Translations under genes and position numbers: made by a program
Notes under the pieces: model-generated
Database searches by the model: none
What the model was told of the DNA's origin: nothing
What the model saw: the letters and a program-made list of their open reading frames with translations, nothing else
Source: Thermodesulfobacteriota bacterium
GTDB taxonomy: Bacteria > Desulfobacterota > Desulfarculia > JACQYL01
Direction: 5' to 3'
NCBI GenBank assembly: GCA_963675595.2
Contig: CAXXLZ010000001.1
Location: 256,001 to 320,000, forward strand
DNA: 64,000 bases
In this document: piece by piece, positions 1-9,966 of the stretch
How positions within the stretch are numbered: position 1 is the first letter of the stretch
Layout of the letters: the number at the start of each line of letters is the position of its first letter

Positions 1-1
1 C

Positions 2-1006
2 AGACTTGGGGATCGTTGGATTCCCATGGCCACCGGCACCGACGCCGACCTGAATGCAGTGGGAGGCTCCATCGAGATAGCCGAGCACGGAGTCTACGCT
101 GTCGGAGACGGCGGCGTAGTGATACATTTCGACGGATCGGCGTGGTCGCGAATCCCTCTGGAAGAAGAAGCGAACCTCAACGACCTCTGGGTGACTCGCG
201 AGGGGATGGTCTACGTGGTGGGAGACGGCGGGCTGATCCTCAGATACCGCAATTCACAATGGTCGTATATGGAATCCGGGACGGATCAGGATTTGAACGT
301 GGTCGTGGGACGTCGCCCCGGGCTCTGGTCGCAGGTACCCGTGGCGGCCGGAAAGGGCGGAAAGGTGCTCTTCTACGACGGGATTTCCTGGGTTGATATC
401 TCTCCGGGTGAATCTCTTGACTTCCGGGCGATTCTATCCAATTACAGGGATGACATCTTTGTGGTGTCGGCGGAAGGGGTCACCTACCGATACGACGGCA
501 ACTCCTGGACAAGAGGCGTGGCTCCCATTGCGGAAGGCATTCTTTCCGGTTGGGGAAGGCCGTTGGGAGATTCCGTCATCGTAGGACAGTCCGGAGCGAT
601 TCTGCGCTTTTCCGATCAGGCGCCTTCGGCTCCGGCGGTTAAGCTGTATACCGACAAAGAATCCTATTCATTGTCGGACACGGTGGTTGTGTCCGTTGCG
701 GTCGAAAACAGGGGGCCGGCGGTTTTCGGTTCTCTGTATGTGTATTTGAGGACGCCCGCGTCCATTGAGGATATCTCGTATCTTTCAAGTGCGGGGTGGC
801 GGGACAGTTCGGTTCCCTTGTTTGATCCGATTTTCATTCCATCCGGTTACAGCCTGCAGGCGGAGTTGTTCACCATCCAACTGCCCATTTCGTTTCCGCG
901 GGTGAATCAGCCCGGCACGTACCGGCTGGGGATAGGCTTTTTTTCGAGGGAAGACCGGCAGCCCATCGGAGAGACTTCGGTGACGTTGTTCGAAGTGGTG
1001 GAATGA
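2..1006 (+). CDS. Probable beta-propeller repeat protein with C-terminal Ig-like domain (5' end lies before the window)
   Basis: Frame is open from position 2. Repeats such as VYAVGDGGVVIHFDGSAWS, VYVVGDGGLILRYRNSQWS and VAAGKGGKVLFYDGISW; beta-rich tail starting AVKLYTDKESYSLSDTVVVSVAVEN. Confidence 0.7.
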   Translation, partial: RLGDRWIPMATGTDADLNAVGGSIEIAEHGVYAVGDGGVVIHFDGSAWSRIPLEEEANLNDLWVTREGMVYVVGDGGLILRYRNSQWSYMESGTDQDLNVVVGRRPGLWSQVPVAAGKGGKVLFYDGISWVDISPGESLDFRAILSNYRDDIFVVSAEGVTYRYDGNSWTRGVAPIAEGILSGWGRPLGDSVIVGQSGAILRFSDQAPSAPAVKLYTDKESYSLSDTVVVSVAVENRGPAVFGSLYVYLRTPASIEDISYLSSAGWRDSSVPLFDPIFIPSGYSLQAELFTIQLPISFPRVNQPGTYRLGIGFFSREDRQPIGETSVTLFEVVE

Positions 1007-1166
1007 GAAGATACCAAGGGAGAACGAGTCGGTTGTCGTGGAGCCGACAGGTGCGAAAAACCTACGTGGGCGGTTGAGAACGTACACAGTGGTCGGATTG
1101 AGCCGGCCTTAGGCGACCGGGCAAAGTTGAATCTAATAAAATCAGGCAGTTATCGGATGTAATGAT

Positions 1167-1181
1167 TGGCATGGATATTGC
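1167..1181 (+). promoter_or_regulatory. Sigma54 (-24/-12) promoter
   Basis: TGGCAT-GGATA-TTGC matches TGGCAC-N5-TTGC. IHF-like AATCAGGCAGTTA at 1140-1152. Confidence 0.75.
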
Positions 1182-1192
1182 TCCATGGAGCG

Positions 1193-1302
1193 ATGAAAAG
1201 GGGAGCCGCCCCAAATACTCCGCTCGGGGCGGCAAACCAACAGTAAAAACTCCTTCCTCTCAAAAGTGGGTGCGCTCGAGCGCTGAACCCACTTTTGTTT
1301 TT
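1193..1302 (+). ncRNA. Candidate sigma54-dependent small RNA
   Basis: Begins about 12 nt after the -12 box. Hairpin GCCGCCCC/GGGGCGGC (1205-1233), single-stranded AAAAACTCCTTCCTCT, then a terminator. No convincing ORF. Confidence 0.6.
1261..1302 (+). terminator. Intrinsic terminator
   Basis: CAAAAGTGGGT...ACCCACTTTTG stem followed by a T-run. Confidence 0.8.
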
Positions 1303-1442
1303 CTGGGGTAACATATTGATATGACTGTAAAATTTAGGAAGGTTGATTAAGTAGAAAGGACAAGTATATTATGGGGACAGGTTTTTTCGCTCCCGGGTGG
1401 ACCGGTCGGGATATCGACATCGCGTCACACCGGTGACCGGCA

Positions 1443-2423
1443 ATGCGGAGCCTGTCCTATGCGGCATTTCTTCCCGTGATGACCCTTCATATCGAGGCGG
1501 TTCCCATCGGTCGCAGGATGCGCGGCGCCTTGAGGGCGGTCGCCTTCTTGTTTTCATTTCTTCTGCTGCTCTCGGCTTGGACTTCAGTTCGCTCCGAGGA
1601 GAGCGGCGGAACCGCCGTTCTGATTTCCGATTCCATTCGCCCTTACATCGAGGCCGTCGAGGGCTTTTCCGAGTCTATGTCATCCGAAGTCGTCGAGTTC
1701 ACGCTGTATTCCAAAAAGAAGTCGCTTCCTCCCAAAGTCACTGATTCTTCATGGGAATTGGTGCTTGCTGTAGGTCCCAACGCCGCCGGACTCCTGATCG
1801 AGCTCCCGCCGTCGATTCCACGGATGTACACCATGGTATTGAATCCACGTGACGCCCTTCCTAAAGGTATGGATGTGCCCGGTGTCTCGCTGAATATTCC
1901 CGCCGACCTACAACTTATTGTAATATCAGAACTATTGCCGAAAGTGAAACGGGTCGGCGTCTTCTACGACAAACGATTCAATGCCGACCACATTGCACAG
2001 TTGCTGGACGCGGCATCGACTTTGGGTTTAGAAGTGATTCCGGTTTCCGTTACATCGAAACGGGAACTCAGGGACTCTCTCACCGGTCGCCTACCGAACC
2101 TTGATGCCGTTCTGATGGTGCCCGACCCCACGGTGATTTCCGAATCGGTGGTGGTTTTCGTGATCAAGGAGTCCTTGAAGAGCAGAGTGCCGGTGATTGG
2201 TTACAATCGGTTTTTCCAGGAGGAGGGGGCGTTGTTTTCGTTTATTATTGATTACCGCGAAGTGGGGCGTAAGACCGCCGAACTGGCCCAACGTCTGCTG
2301 AGAGGAGAGCATGTGGGTTCGGAACCTCCCCCGATTCAAGTGAGGATCAATCGTAACCTTGCGAGAAAGTTCGGCTTTACGCTTGGGGAGTTGCCTCCCG
2401 CGGTGAAGGAGGACGCCTCTTGA
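1443..2423 (+). CDS. ABC-type substrate-binding-like periplasmic protein (true start may be downstream)
   Basis: Signal-like hydrophobic segment; motifs LLPKVKRVGVFYD, DAVLMVPDPTV, GALFSFIIDYREVGRKTAELA. Confidence 0.8.
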   Translation: MRSLSYAAFLPVMTLHIEAVPIGRRMRGALRAVAFLFSFLLLLSAWTSVRSEESGGTAVLISDSIRPYIEAVEGFSESMSSEVVEFTLYSKKKSLPPKVTDSSWELVLAVGPNAAGLLIELPPSIPRMYTMVLNPRDALPKGMDVPGVSLNIPADLQLIVISELLPKVKRVGVFYDKRFNADHIAQLLDAASTLGLEVIPVSVTSKRELRDSLTGRLPNLDAVLMVPDPTVISESVVVFVIKESLKSRVPVIGYNRFFQEEGALFSFIIDYREVGRKTAELAQRLLRGEHVGSEPPPIQVRINRNLARKFGFTLGELPPAVKEDAS

Positions 2424-3901
2424 AATCGGAAGCAAACCAGACCGGGAAGCAACGTCCCGCGTCGCTTTTGGTAAGAATCCTGTCGTCTTCGGTTCTGCTC
2501 ATCGCAGTAACGGGAGTTTTTCTGGGGTACACCGGCGTGCAGCTCATTCAGGACTTCGCCAAGGAAAGATTCGACGAGCGGATGCAGTTCTTGGCGCGTC
2601 ATCTGGCGCTTAACGCCGAGCTGGGTTTGCTCGTGGAACAGCGCAACGCTCTGGAGCGATTAGCGGACAACATCCTGGCGGAAAAGGGTGTGGTTCGGGT
2701 TGTCATCGAGGGAGGAGCGGAGCCCATTACGGCGGAAGCCATAGACGGGAAAAAGACGGGCCTGCAGCAGGTCAGCCGATTTGTCACCACTCCGGCAATG
2801 GACGTGGAAAATGTGGTGTTCGAACCGGGTTCCTTGACGGAAGGGTTGCTTCAGGAGAACGTCATAGGAAAGGTGACCATCTTCTACACCGATCAGGAGC
2901 TTCGAGCCTTGATTCGTTCCTTGGGCCTTCGTTTCGCCATGGTGGCCGTCGGAATCTGTTTGCTGGGTACGGTGTTCATGCTGTTCATCTCGCGTTCGAT
3001 TCTGGCGCCTCTGCGCAAATTGGTGGTCGCGACGCAGCGTGTAAGCGGGGGCGAGTTGAACTTGGAAGTGGAAGGAGGACACGTCAGGGAGACGGATGAC
3101 TTGGCCCGGTCGTTCAATACGATGTTGCATTCCATTCGAGAAAGCAGGGCCGCGCTCAGGGAATCCTACGAGGAACTTGCCAAACAGAAGAACATGGCGG
3201 AGGTGGGTAAATTCAGCATGGTGCTGACCCACGAATTCAAGAATCCCCTGAGCATCGTCAAAGGTTCTCTTGACATTCTAAAAAAACCCGATATTCCTTC
3301 GGAGACACGGGCCTTGATGATTACTTATATGCAGGAGGAAGTGCTCCGCATCGACCGACTCATTGAGGAATTCCTGCTGTTTTCCAAGCCGAAGAAACCC
3401 GACATGAAACCCTGTCCGGGCGACGCCCTGCTGGGTCGCCTGGCCGAAAAATTTCGGGTGAGAATCGGTTCATCGGGGCCCCGCATTGAATTCATTCCCG
3501 CGGAGGAACCGGTCTATATTCTGCTGGATGAAACCCTGTTCACCAGGGCCCTTGAAAACGTCATCAAGAATGGGGTTGAGGTTTCGGAGGAGTCCGGGAG
3601 GGTACTGATTCGTTCGACCGTGACGGACGGGAACTGGAAAATTGAGATTTCCGATGAAGGCCCCGGCATTCCCCAAGAGGTCAAGGAATTGGTTTTCGAA
3701 CCGTTTTACTCCACAAAAGCCAAGGGAACGGGTCTGGGAATTCCCACCGCGGCCAATGCACTGGCCGCCCACGGGGGCAAACTGGAGATCGCCGAGAATC
3801 ATGACGGCGGCAAGGGCACCACTTTCATCATTTCCCTGCCCATGACCCGGGAACCCAAGGACAACGGAGAAGCCCATGGCGTCGATACTGGTCGTCGATG
3901 A
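2420..3901 (+). CDS. Membrane sensor histidine kinase (HAMP-HisKA-HATPase)
   Basis: Two TM segments, HAMP, H-box THEFKNPL, N-box ENVIKNG, DEGPGI, GTGLG. Confidence 0.92.
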   Translation: MKSEANQTGKQRPASLLVRILSSSVLLIAVTGVFLGYTGVQLIQDFAKERFDERMQFLARHLALNAELGLLVEQRNALERLADNILAEKGVVRVVIEGGAEPITAEAIDGKKTGLQQVSRFVTTPAMDVENVVFEPGSLTEGLLQENVIGKVTIFYTDQELRALIRSLGLRFAMVAVGICLLGTVFMLFISRSILAPLRKLVVATQRVSGGELNLEVEGGHVRETDDLARSFNTMLHSIRESRAALRESYEELAKQKNMAEVGKFSMVLTHEFKNPLSIVKGSLDILKKPDIPSETRALMITYMQEEVLRIDRLIEEFLLFSKPKKPDMKPCPGDALLGRLAEKFRVRIGSSGPRIEFIPAEEPVYILLDETLFTRALENVIKNGVEVSEESGRVLIRSTVTDGNWKIEISDEGPGIPQEVKELVFEPFYSTKAKGTGLGIPTAANALAAHGGKLEIAENHDGGKGTTFIISLPMTREPKDNGEAHGVDTGRR

Positions 3902-4247
3902 TGAAGAAAGAATGCGTCACATCCTATCCATCATGCTTGAGCTTCGAGGACACCAAGTGGAACAGGCGGGTGATGGAGAAGCGGCGCTTGAAATCATAAG
4001 GAAGAAGAGATTCGACCTCTTGATCCTCGATGTGAAGATGCCCAAGATGGACGGAATAACTCTTCATAAACATGTGAAGGAAATCGATCCCTCTTATCCC
4101 GTTATTTTCATAACCGCTTTCGGCTCCATCGATTCTGCGGTTCAGTCCATGCGGGAGGGGGCGTTTGATTACATTACCAAGCCCTTTGACGAAGACCGCA
4201 TCCTTTCCAGTGTGGACGCAGCCACTCAAGATGCGGGGAGGAACTAA
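3876..4247 (+). CDS. Stand-alone response regulator receiver protein
   Basis: ILVVDDE, LDVKMP, ITAFG and KPF receiver motifs; no output domain. Confidence 0.88.
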   Translation: MASILVVDDEERMRHILSIMLELRGHQVEQAGDGEAALEIIRKKRFDLLILDVKMPKMDGITLHKHVKEIDPSYPVIFITAFGSIDSAVQSMREGAFDYITKPFDEDRILSSVDAATQDAGRN

Positions 4248-5611
4248 TGGCACACATTCTCGTGGTTGATGATGAAGAGAAGATGCGCCATATTCTTTCG
4301 ATCATGCTGGAGCTCAAAGGCCATACGGTCGAGCAGGCCCCGGACGGGGAAAGCGCTCTCAACATGGCACGGGCCAAACGGTATGATTTGCTGATTCTCG
4401 ACATCAAAATGCCTGGGATGGACGGGATCACCCTACACCGAAATCTCCGGAAGATTGACCCCAATTATGCCGTTATCTTCATCACGGCTTTCGGTTCGGT
4501 GGATTCCGCGGTCCAGACAATGCGGGAAGGCGCGCTTGATTACATTACCAAGCCTTTTGATGAGGATCGAATCCTTGTGACGGTGGACCGTGTCGCCAAG
4601 ATGTCGCGGCTCATGTCCGAAAATGAGGGGCTTCGTAAGGAGATTGCCGAGCAAGCCGGACTTTCCGACTTGATATGTGTTTCGCCGGCCATGAGGAAGA
4701 CGCTCGAGATGGCCGGAAAAGTGGCGCAGAAACAGGAAACCACGGTGCTACTGAGTGGCGAGTCCGGAACCGGTAAGGAAATCGTGGCCAGGTTTATCCA
4801 TGCGAACAGTCCCAGGGCCAAAGGACGCTTTGTGGCGGTGAACTGCGCGGCCATTTCCCCCAACCTTGTCGAATCCGAGCTTTTCGGCCATGAAAAGGGT
4901 GCCTTTACCAGCGCGAGTTCTCAGAAGACGGGCAAGTTCGAGTACGCCTCGGGGGGGTCCTTGTTTTTGGACGAAGTGGGAGACCTCCAGTTTGAGGCTC
5001 AGGCGAAGGTGCTGCGCGCACTTCAGGAGAAGACCTTTGAACGGGTGGGGGGCAACAAGCCGATCGTCGCCGATGTCCGGGTAATTTGCGCCACGAACAA
5101 GGACTTGGCCAAAATGGTGGCTGAGAAGCAGTTTCGGGAGGACCTTTACTACCGGATCAACGTATTTCCGATCCTGATCCCGCCCCTCCGGGAGCGCAGC
5201 GAGGCCATCATTCCATTGGCGGAGTATTTTATCGATAAGTTCGGCCGGGAAGTTCATTTCAAGCCTCAACTCAGCGAGGGAGCCAAACAGCTTCTCCTTC
5301 GCCATTCCTGGCCGGGAAACGTGCGAGAATTGGTGAACGCCATGGAGCGAGCCGTCATTCTGGCCGGAAGCGATTCGGTGATCAGCGAGTCTACGCTTTC
5401 ATTTCTGGCGGGTGTGACAAAAGAGACGGCCAAAGATGATTTCTCGCTTCCTCCGGGGGGCATCTCTCTCGAAGAACTCGAACGAGATCTGGTTCTTCAA
5501 GCGCTGTCCACGGCGAACAACAACAAGACCGTAGCCGCCAAACTGTTGGGAATCAGTCGATCCAAGTTTCGAAGAAAGTTGAACAATCTCCTCGGGGAAA
5601 CCAAGGATTGA
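4247..5611 (+). CDS. NtrC-family sigma54-dependent response regulator
   Basis: Receiver, GESGTGKE Walker A, ELFGHEKGAFTSA, FREDLYYRINV, WPGNVREL and a Fis-type HTH. Confidence 0.95.
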   Translation: MAHILVVDDEEKMRHILSIMLELKGHTVEQAPDGESALNMARAKRYDLLILDIKMPGMDGITLHRNLRKIDPNYAVIFITAFGSVDSAVQTMREGALDYITKPFDEDRILVTVDRVAKMSRLMSENEGLRKEIAEQAGLSDLICVSPAMRKTLEMAGKVAQKQETTVLLSGESGTGKEIVARFIHANSPRAKGRFVAVNCAAISPNLVESELFGHEKGAFTSASSQKTGKFEYASGGSLFLDEVGDLQFEAQAKVLRALQEKTFERVGGNKPIVADVRVICATNKDLAKMVAEKQFREDLYYRINVFPILIPPLRERSEAIIPLAEYFIDKFGREVHFKPQLSEGAKQLLLRHSWPGNVRELVNAMERAVILAGSDSVISESTLSFLAGVTKETAKDDFSLPPGGISLEELERDLVLQALSTANNNKTVAAKLLGISRSKFRRKLNNLLGETKD

Positions 5612-7551
5612 GACCGGGTTACTCGCTTCAGATACGCTGGACCATTCCAATCTTCATCTTACTGACGCTCTTCGCAGCGAGTTTGGTGGAGGCCGATGAA
5701 TGGGCGCAAACGGACAGCACCCTGCTGATGTTCGTGGGTGAAGACCTGTCCGTGCTGTCCATCGCGTCCAAAAGGGAAGAGCGTGTCCAGGAGGCCCCGG
5801 CCTTGGCCAATGTGGTCACTGAAACCGAAATACGAAAATACGGATTCGATACCCTTGGTGAGGCTCTCTCCACGACTCCGGGTTTCTATGTGGGGCACCA
5901 GGACCGGAGGAGCAGAGCGTATTTGAGGGGCGTACGGGATTCCACCCTGTTCCTGTATGACGGTATTCCGTTCAGTAATGATTCCTCGAACAAAAGTGTG
6001 CCTTTGGATCGGGAATTATTCACCTCTTGGATTAAGCGCATCGAAATCGTGCGGGGGCCGGGTTCCGTGCTTTGGGGACCGGACGCATTTTCCGGTGTGG
6101 TCAATGTGGTTCCTCTCAAGGGGAAGGACCTCAACGGCGCGGAAGTAGGAGTTTACGGGGGCAATCCCGGTCGGTACGGAGGGTATGCCCAGTGGGGTCA
6201 AGTCATCAATGGCTGGGATGCCTTTATTTCCGTAAACGGCTCGGAAAGCGACAATTTTCGGGATCGATACCGTACGCGAAGCAGCGATTCGGAGAATCCC
6301 GTGATCGAAGGTTCCGTGGAGAACGACAAGGCCGTGGAGGTTGTAGCCAGTTGTTCCTACAGGAATTTGCTCAGGATTTCGGGGAGGTTCTCACATTTCA
6401 AGGATTACTTGACTCTGAAGACCCAGAGCGGAAGAGTCGAGCCCGGAGAACGTTCCGAGCCGTTCAGCATGGTCAAAATCGACTTGAAACAGGAACTCTG
6501 GGGCGGCGACTTGAGAATGCACAGTTTTTTCAATCACTTCGATTTAGATAACAAGGAAGGGACCGACGAGCTGAAGCAGGAAAACGATACCTATCACTTA
6601 GAGCTCCTCTATGATCGATCCTTTTGGCGTGACGGTCTTCTTACGTTCGGTACCTCCTACAGAAGCAACTCAGCCACGGAACGCTTCGTTTCAAACGATC
6701 CTTTCCTGGGTGAAACAAAGGTGGACCTCAAGTATGACTCGGATCTGTACTCCGTTTTTTCTCAGCTCAGACAGCGACTTGGAGATTTTGACGTTTGGTT
6801 CGGAGCACGCTTCGATTCCCACAGCGAATACGACGATACTTTCAGTTTTCGAGCCGGTTCCACCTGGTTGGCCGATAATGACTTCATTCTGAAGCTGCTT
6901 CTGGGTACCGCATTCAGGACCCCGGCCAATATCCAGGCCAAACAGTCCGGGAACCTCGACACGGAGCAAGTGATGGCGGTGGAGCTTTCAGCGGACTGGA
7001 ATGTGACCACGGATCTGCATGTTCGCGCCACCGTGTTTCATCACCAACTCCGCGACCTGATTCAGCAGAATTCGGAAGGTCTGGTGTCCAATCGGGACAG
7101 CGAGCACATCACGGGAACCGAGCTGGAAGCGACTTACAACCCCACTTCCTCGCTGGAACTCTTTGCCAACGGGACTTTCATGGACTCATCGGATGACCCG
7201 ATTCAACTGGAGGGACTCCGTGAGGACCGTTACGATCCCGGCCCCTCGTCCATGGCCAATTTGGGGGCGCACTGGAACTTCTACAAGAATTTCAACGCCT
7301 CGCTGCGCTTTCGTTTCCTCGGTGAACGAGAAGTGGCACGTATTGTTCTGGAAACGGCGGAACGCCCCAAGGCGGATGCGGTGGTGCTGGGATTCCTGAA
7401 CGTGTACGCGGAGGACCTTTTCACGGATGGGCTTACCGCGGGGATCAAGATCGACAACCTTTGGGACGCGGACTACAAGGAACCGGGCAATTTCGACCTG
7501 ATCCAGGGGGATCCGCTCACCTGGAGGTTTTACCTTCAGTACGCCTTCTGA
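5608..7551 (+). CDS. TonB-dependent outer-membrane receptor
   Basis: Signal peptide; plug motif IKRIEIVRGPGSVLWGPDAFSGVVNVV; IDNLWDADY; C-terminal Phe. Confidence 0.9.
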   Translation: MRPGYSLQIRWTIPIFILLTLFAASLVEADEWAQTDSTLLMFVGEDLSVLSIASKREERVQEAPALANVVTETEIRKYGFDTLGEALSTTPGFYVGHQDRRSRAYLRGVRDSTLFLYDGIPFSNDSSNKSVPLDRELFTSWIKRIEIVRGPGSVLWGPDAFSGVVNVVPLKGKDLNGAEVGVYGGNPGRYGGYAQWGQVINGWDAFISVNGSESDNFRDRYRTRSSDSENPVIEGSVENDKAVEVVASCSYRNLLRISGRFSHFKDYLTLKTQSGRVEPGERSEPFSMVKIDLKQELWGGDLRMHSFFNHFDLDNKEGTDELKQENDTYHLELLYDRSFWRDGLLTFGTSYRSNSATERFVSNDPFLGETKVDLKYDSDLYSVFSQLRQRLGDFDVWFGARFDSHSEYDDTFSFRAGSTWLADNDFILKLLLGTAFRTPANIQAKQSGNLDTEQVMAVELSADWNVTTDLHVRATVFHHQLRDLIQQNSEGLVSNRDSEHITGTELEATYNPTSSLELFANGTFMDSSDDPIQLEGLREDRYDPGPSSMANLGAHWNFYKNFNASLRFRFLGEREVARIVLETAERPKADAVVLGFLNVYAEDLFTDGLTAGIKIDNLWDADYKEPGNFDLIQGDPLTWRFYLQYAF

Positions 7552-7668
7552 CGGAGACGCATGCAGTCGATGGAAACCGTGTTCAAGGCGTAGCTGTAAG
7601 AATCCGGCATCGGCGGAAGGCGAGAAAGACGACGGTGAGTCTCCGGCTTACCGACAGATTTCGTATGA

Positions 7669-9531
7669 CTATGTTGTTGGAAGCGCTTTGAGGGTCGGCG
7701 CCGAGCCCCGTGTCCCGGCGGCTGCTTCTCCCCCGACTATAGCGGCCAAATCATCTACGAACTCCTTAAGCTGCTCGGCCTGCGCGTTCATTTCCTCCGA
7801 TGCGCCGGCCGATTCTTCGGCGTGGGCCGCATTCTGCTGGACCACCTTGTCTATCTCGGCCACGGCCGTGTTGATCCGTTCGATCCCTATGGCTTGTTCA
7901 TCCGAAGCCGAAGCGATTTCTCCGACCATGCTTCCCATCTTACCGGTTTTTTCCGTTACTTCGGTGAAGACCTCACCGGTTTTTCCCACGAGCTCGGCTC
8001 CCGCTTTGACTTTTGTCACCGTGTCCTCGATGAGATTCGCCGTGTTTCCCGCCGCTTGGGCGGCGCGCATGGCCAGATTTCGGACTTCCTCCGCCACCAC
8101 GGCGAAGCCCGCACCGGCCTCACCGGCCCGGGCCGCCTCGACTGCGGCGTTCAGCGCCAGGAGATTCGTCTGAAAGGCGATCTCGTCGATGGTCTTGACG
8201 ATTTTGGAGGTCTCTTCGCTCGCCTGGGAGATTCCATCCATGGACGCCCTCAGTTCGTCCATGGCTTTGTCCGCTTCCGCGACGACCCGGTTGACTTCCC
8301 TCATGAGGCTGTCGCCTTCCCTGGCATGTTGCGCATTTTGTTTGATCATGGCCGACATCTCCTCCAAGGAGGAGGAGGTTTCTTCTATGGACGCGGCCTG
8401 CTCGGAGGCGCCTTCGGCCAGAGAATGGCTCGTTGAGGAGACTTGGCCCGAGGCCGAGCTCACCTGTGTGCCGCATTCGTTCAAACCTTCAACAATACGT
8501 TTAATGGGTCGAGTGATGCCTCGCGTGATGAGGTATGCCAGCAGAATTCCCAAAACGAGACCGATGAGGGTGAAGACCAGCGCCGTATAAGCCGCCTTTC
8601 GCTGGGCCGAATAGGCGGCGGACATTTTCGATGCTTTGGCCGGGTCGATGACCAGCTCCATGGCCTGTTCCAAATCTGAGTTTAGGGTCGTGGAGGAATC
8701 CAGCACCGTTTGCCCAAATGCCTCCATTTTGGAGACTTCGTTACGAAATTCGCCTCCCAAGTCCAGGTAGGATTTCAGGTAATCCGCTATTCGGCCGGCC
8801 GCTTCCTCCATTTCAGGCTCTCCAGCCAGGACGCCTTTCCACTCGGCCAAGCCGGCGGCGGCGGCTTTCCAAGAATCGGAGAACAGGTCCCAGTGCTCCT
8901 TTGTGGGATGGGCGGCGTAATCATGGGCGGCGGTCTGGAGCTTCAGCACATTGGCGATTACCGCCTCGTTCATGATCATATCGATTTCACCCCACTTGAC
9001 GATTACGGGGATATTCTCAGACTGCTCCGCCCTCGCCTTGGTGGGATCGATCACTTGTTCCATGACGCCTTCCAGATACCCGACGATCTCCTCGATGAGT
9101 TTGTCCCAATCCTTTTCAATTCCGGCGGTTTTTCCCAGTGAATCGATCAATCCCGAAATCGCGGTATGCGTCACGGCCAGTTGCTCTTTCGTACGCAGGG
9201 CGACTTCCTCCAGCTCCGGGTTTCCTTTCACCAGGTCGTGCCACTGCCGCACGCCCGAATCAGCCTCTTCCCATGCACGTGTTAAAGATTCACGATTTTC
9301 GTCTGTGGGGTCGAAACGAAACGCATCCAGCGCATTGATCAGTCTGAGCGTATTCTGGCTCATTGCTTCGTTCATGACCATGTCGATGTCGGCCCATAAG
9401 GCGTAATCCTCCAGGTGAGATCGGACTCCGGCGACGCCTCGCCATCCCTGGAACCCAAGAAAGGCTGCAATAATGATAATAATCCCGAAGCCAAACACGA
9501 TCTTGGTACTGAGCTTCATCTTTCCAAACAT
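7669..9531 (-). CDS. Methyl-accepting chemotaxis protein with duplicated periplasmic sensor module
   Basis: Two TMs; [37 protein letters not shown] signature. Confidence 0.95.
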   Translation of the reverse strand: MFGKMKLSTKIVFGFGIIIIIAAFLGFQGWRGVAGVRSHLEDYALWADIDMVMNEAMSQNTLRLINALDAFRFDPTDENRESLTRAWEEADSGVRQWHDLVKGNPELEEVALRTKEQLAVTHTAISGLIDSLGKTAGIEKDWDKLIEEIVGYLEGVMEQVIDPTKARAEQSENIPVIVKWGEIDMIMNEAVIANVLKLQTAAHDYAAHPTKEHWDLFSDSWKAAAAGLAEWKGVLAGEPEMEEAAGRIADYLKSYLDLGGEFRNEVSKMEAFGQTVLDSSTTLNSDLEQAMELVIDPAKASKMSAAYSAQRKAAYTALVFTLIGLVLGILLAYLITRGITRPIKRIVEGLNECGTQVSSASGQVSSTSHSLAEGASEQAASIEETSSSLEEMSAMIKQNAQHAREGDSLMREVNRVVAEADKAMDELRASMDGISQASEETSKIVKTIDEIAFQTNLLALNAAVEAARAGEAGAGFAVVAEEVRNLAMRAAQAAGNTANLIEDTVTKVKAGAELVGKTGEVFTEVTEKTGKMGSMVGEIASASDEQAIGIERINTAVAEIDKVVQQNAAHAEESAGASEEMNAQAEQLKEFVDDLAAIVGGEAAAGTRGSAPTLKALPTT

Positions 9532-9966
9532 TTTTCCGCCCCTCGGTTTGAAACCGTATTCATCAAATGCGAATGGACCAACGGTATGGATTGGCGGGCC
9601 GACTCGATGCTTTCATCGGCGCGCCGGCATGGTGGTTGCGGATGCACGAAAAGAAGGGTAGCCGCTGTTCCGCATGAGAGATTCCGTCTCACAATTATGA
9701 ACTCTCTTCCGACGGCTGAAGCCTTTAGATAACCATATTAAATGATTCCGCCCGTATTTCCCAGGATGAAATTTTATACGCTATATGGATGAAATTTGGT
9801 CCATATACGTTCCATTTACTCATCTCTTCTTGGGCTGACTCCATTTTCCGGCGGAGAAAGGGGCAAGCCTCCAAGGGATAATCTTCGGTATTGCCGTGTC
9901 GGAAGGTGTGGATATCCATTGACGAGTTTCCGAGGAGAGTCGGCGTCGGTTTCCGGGGAAGCCTCG

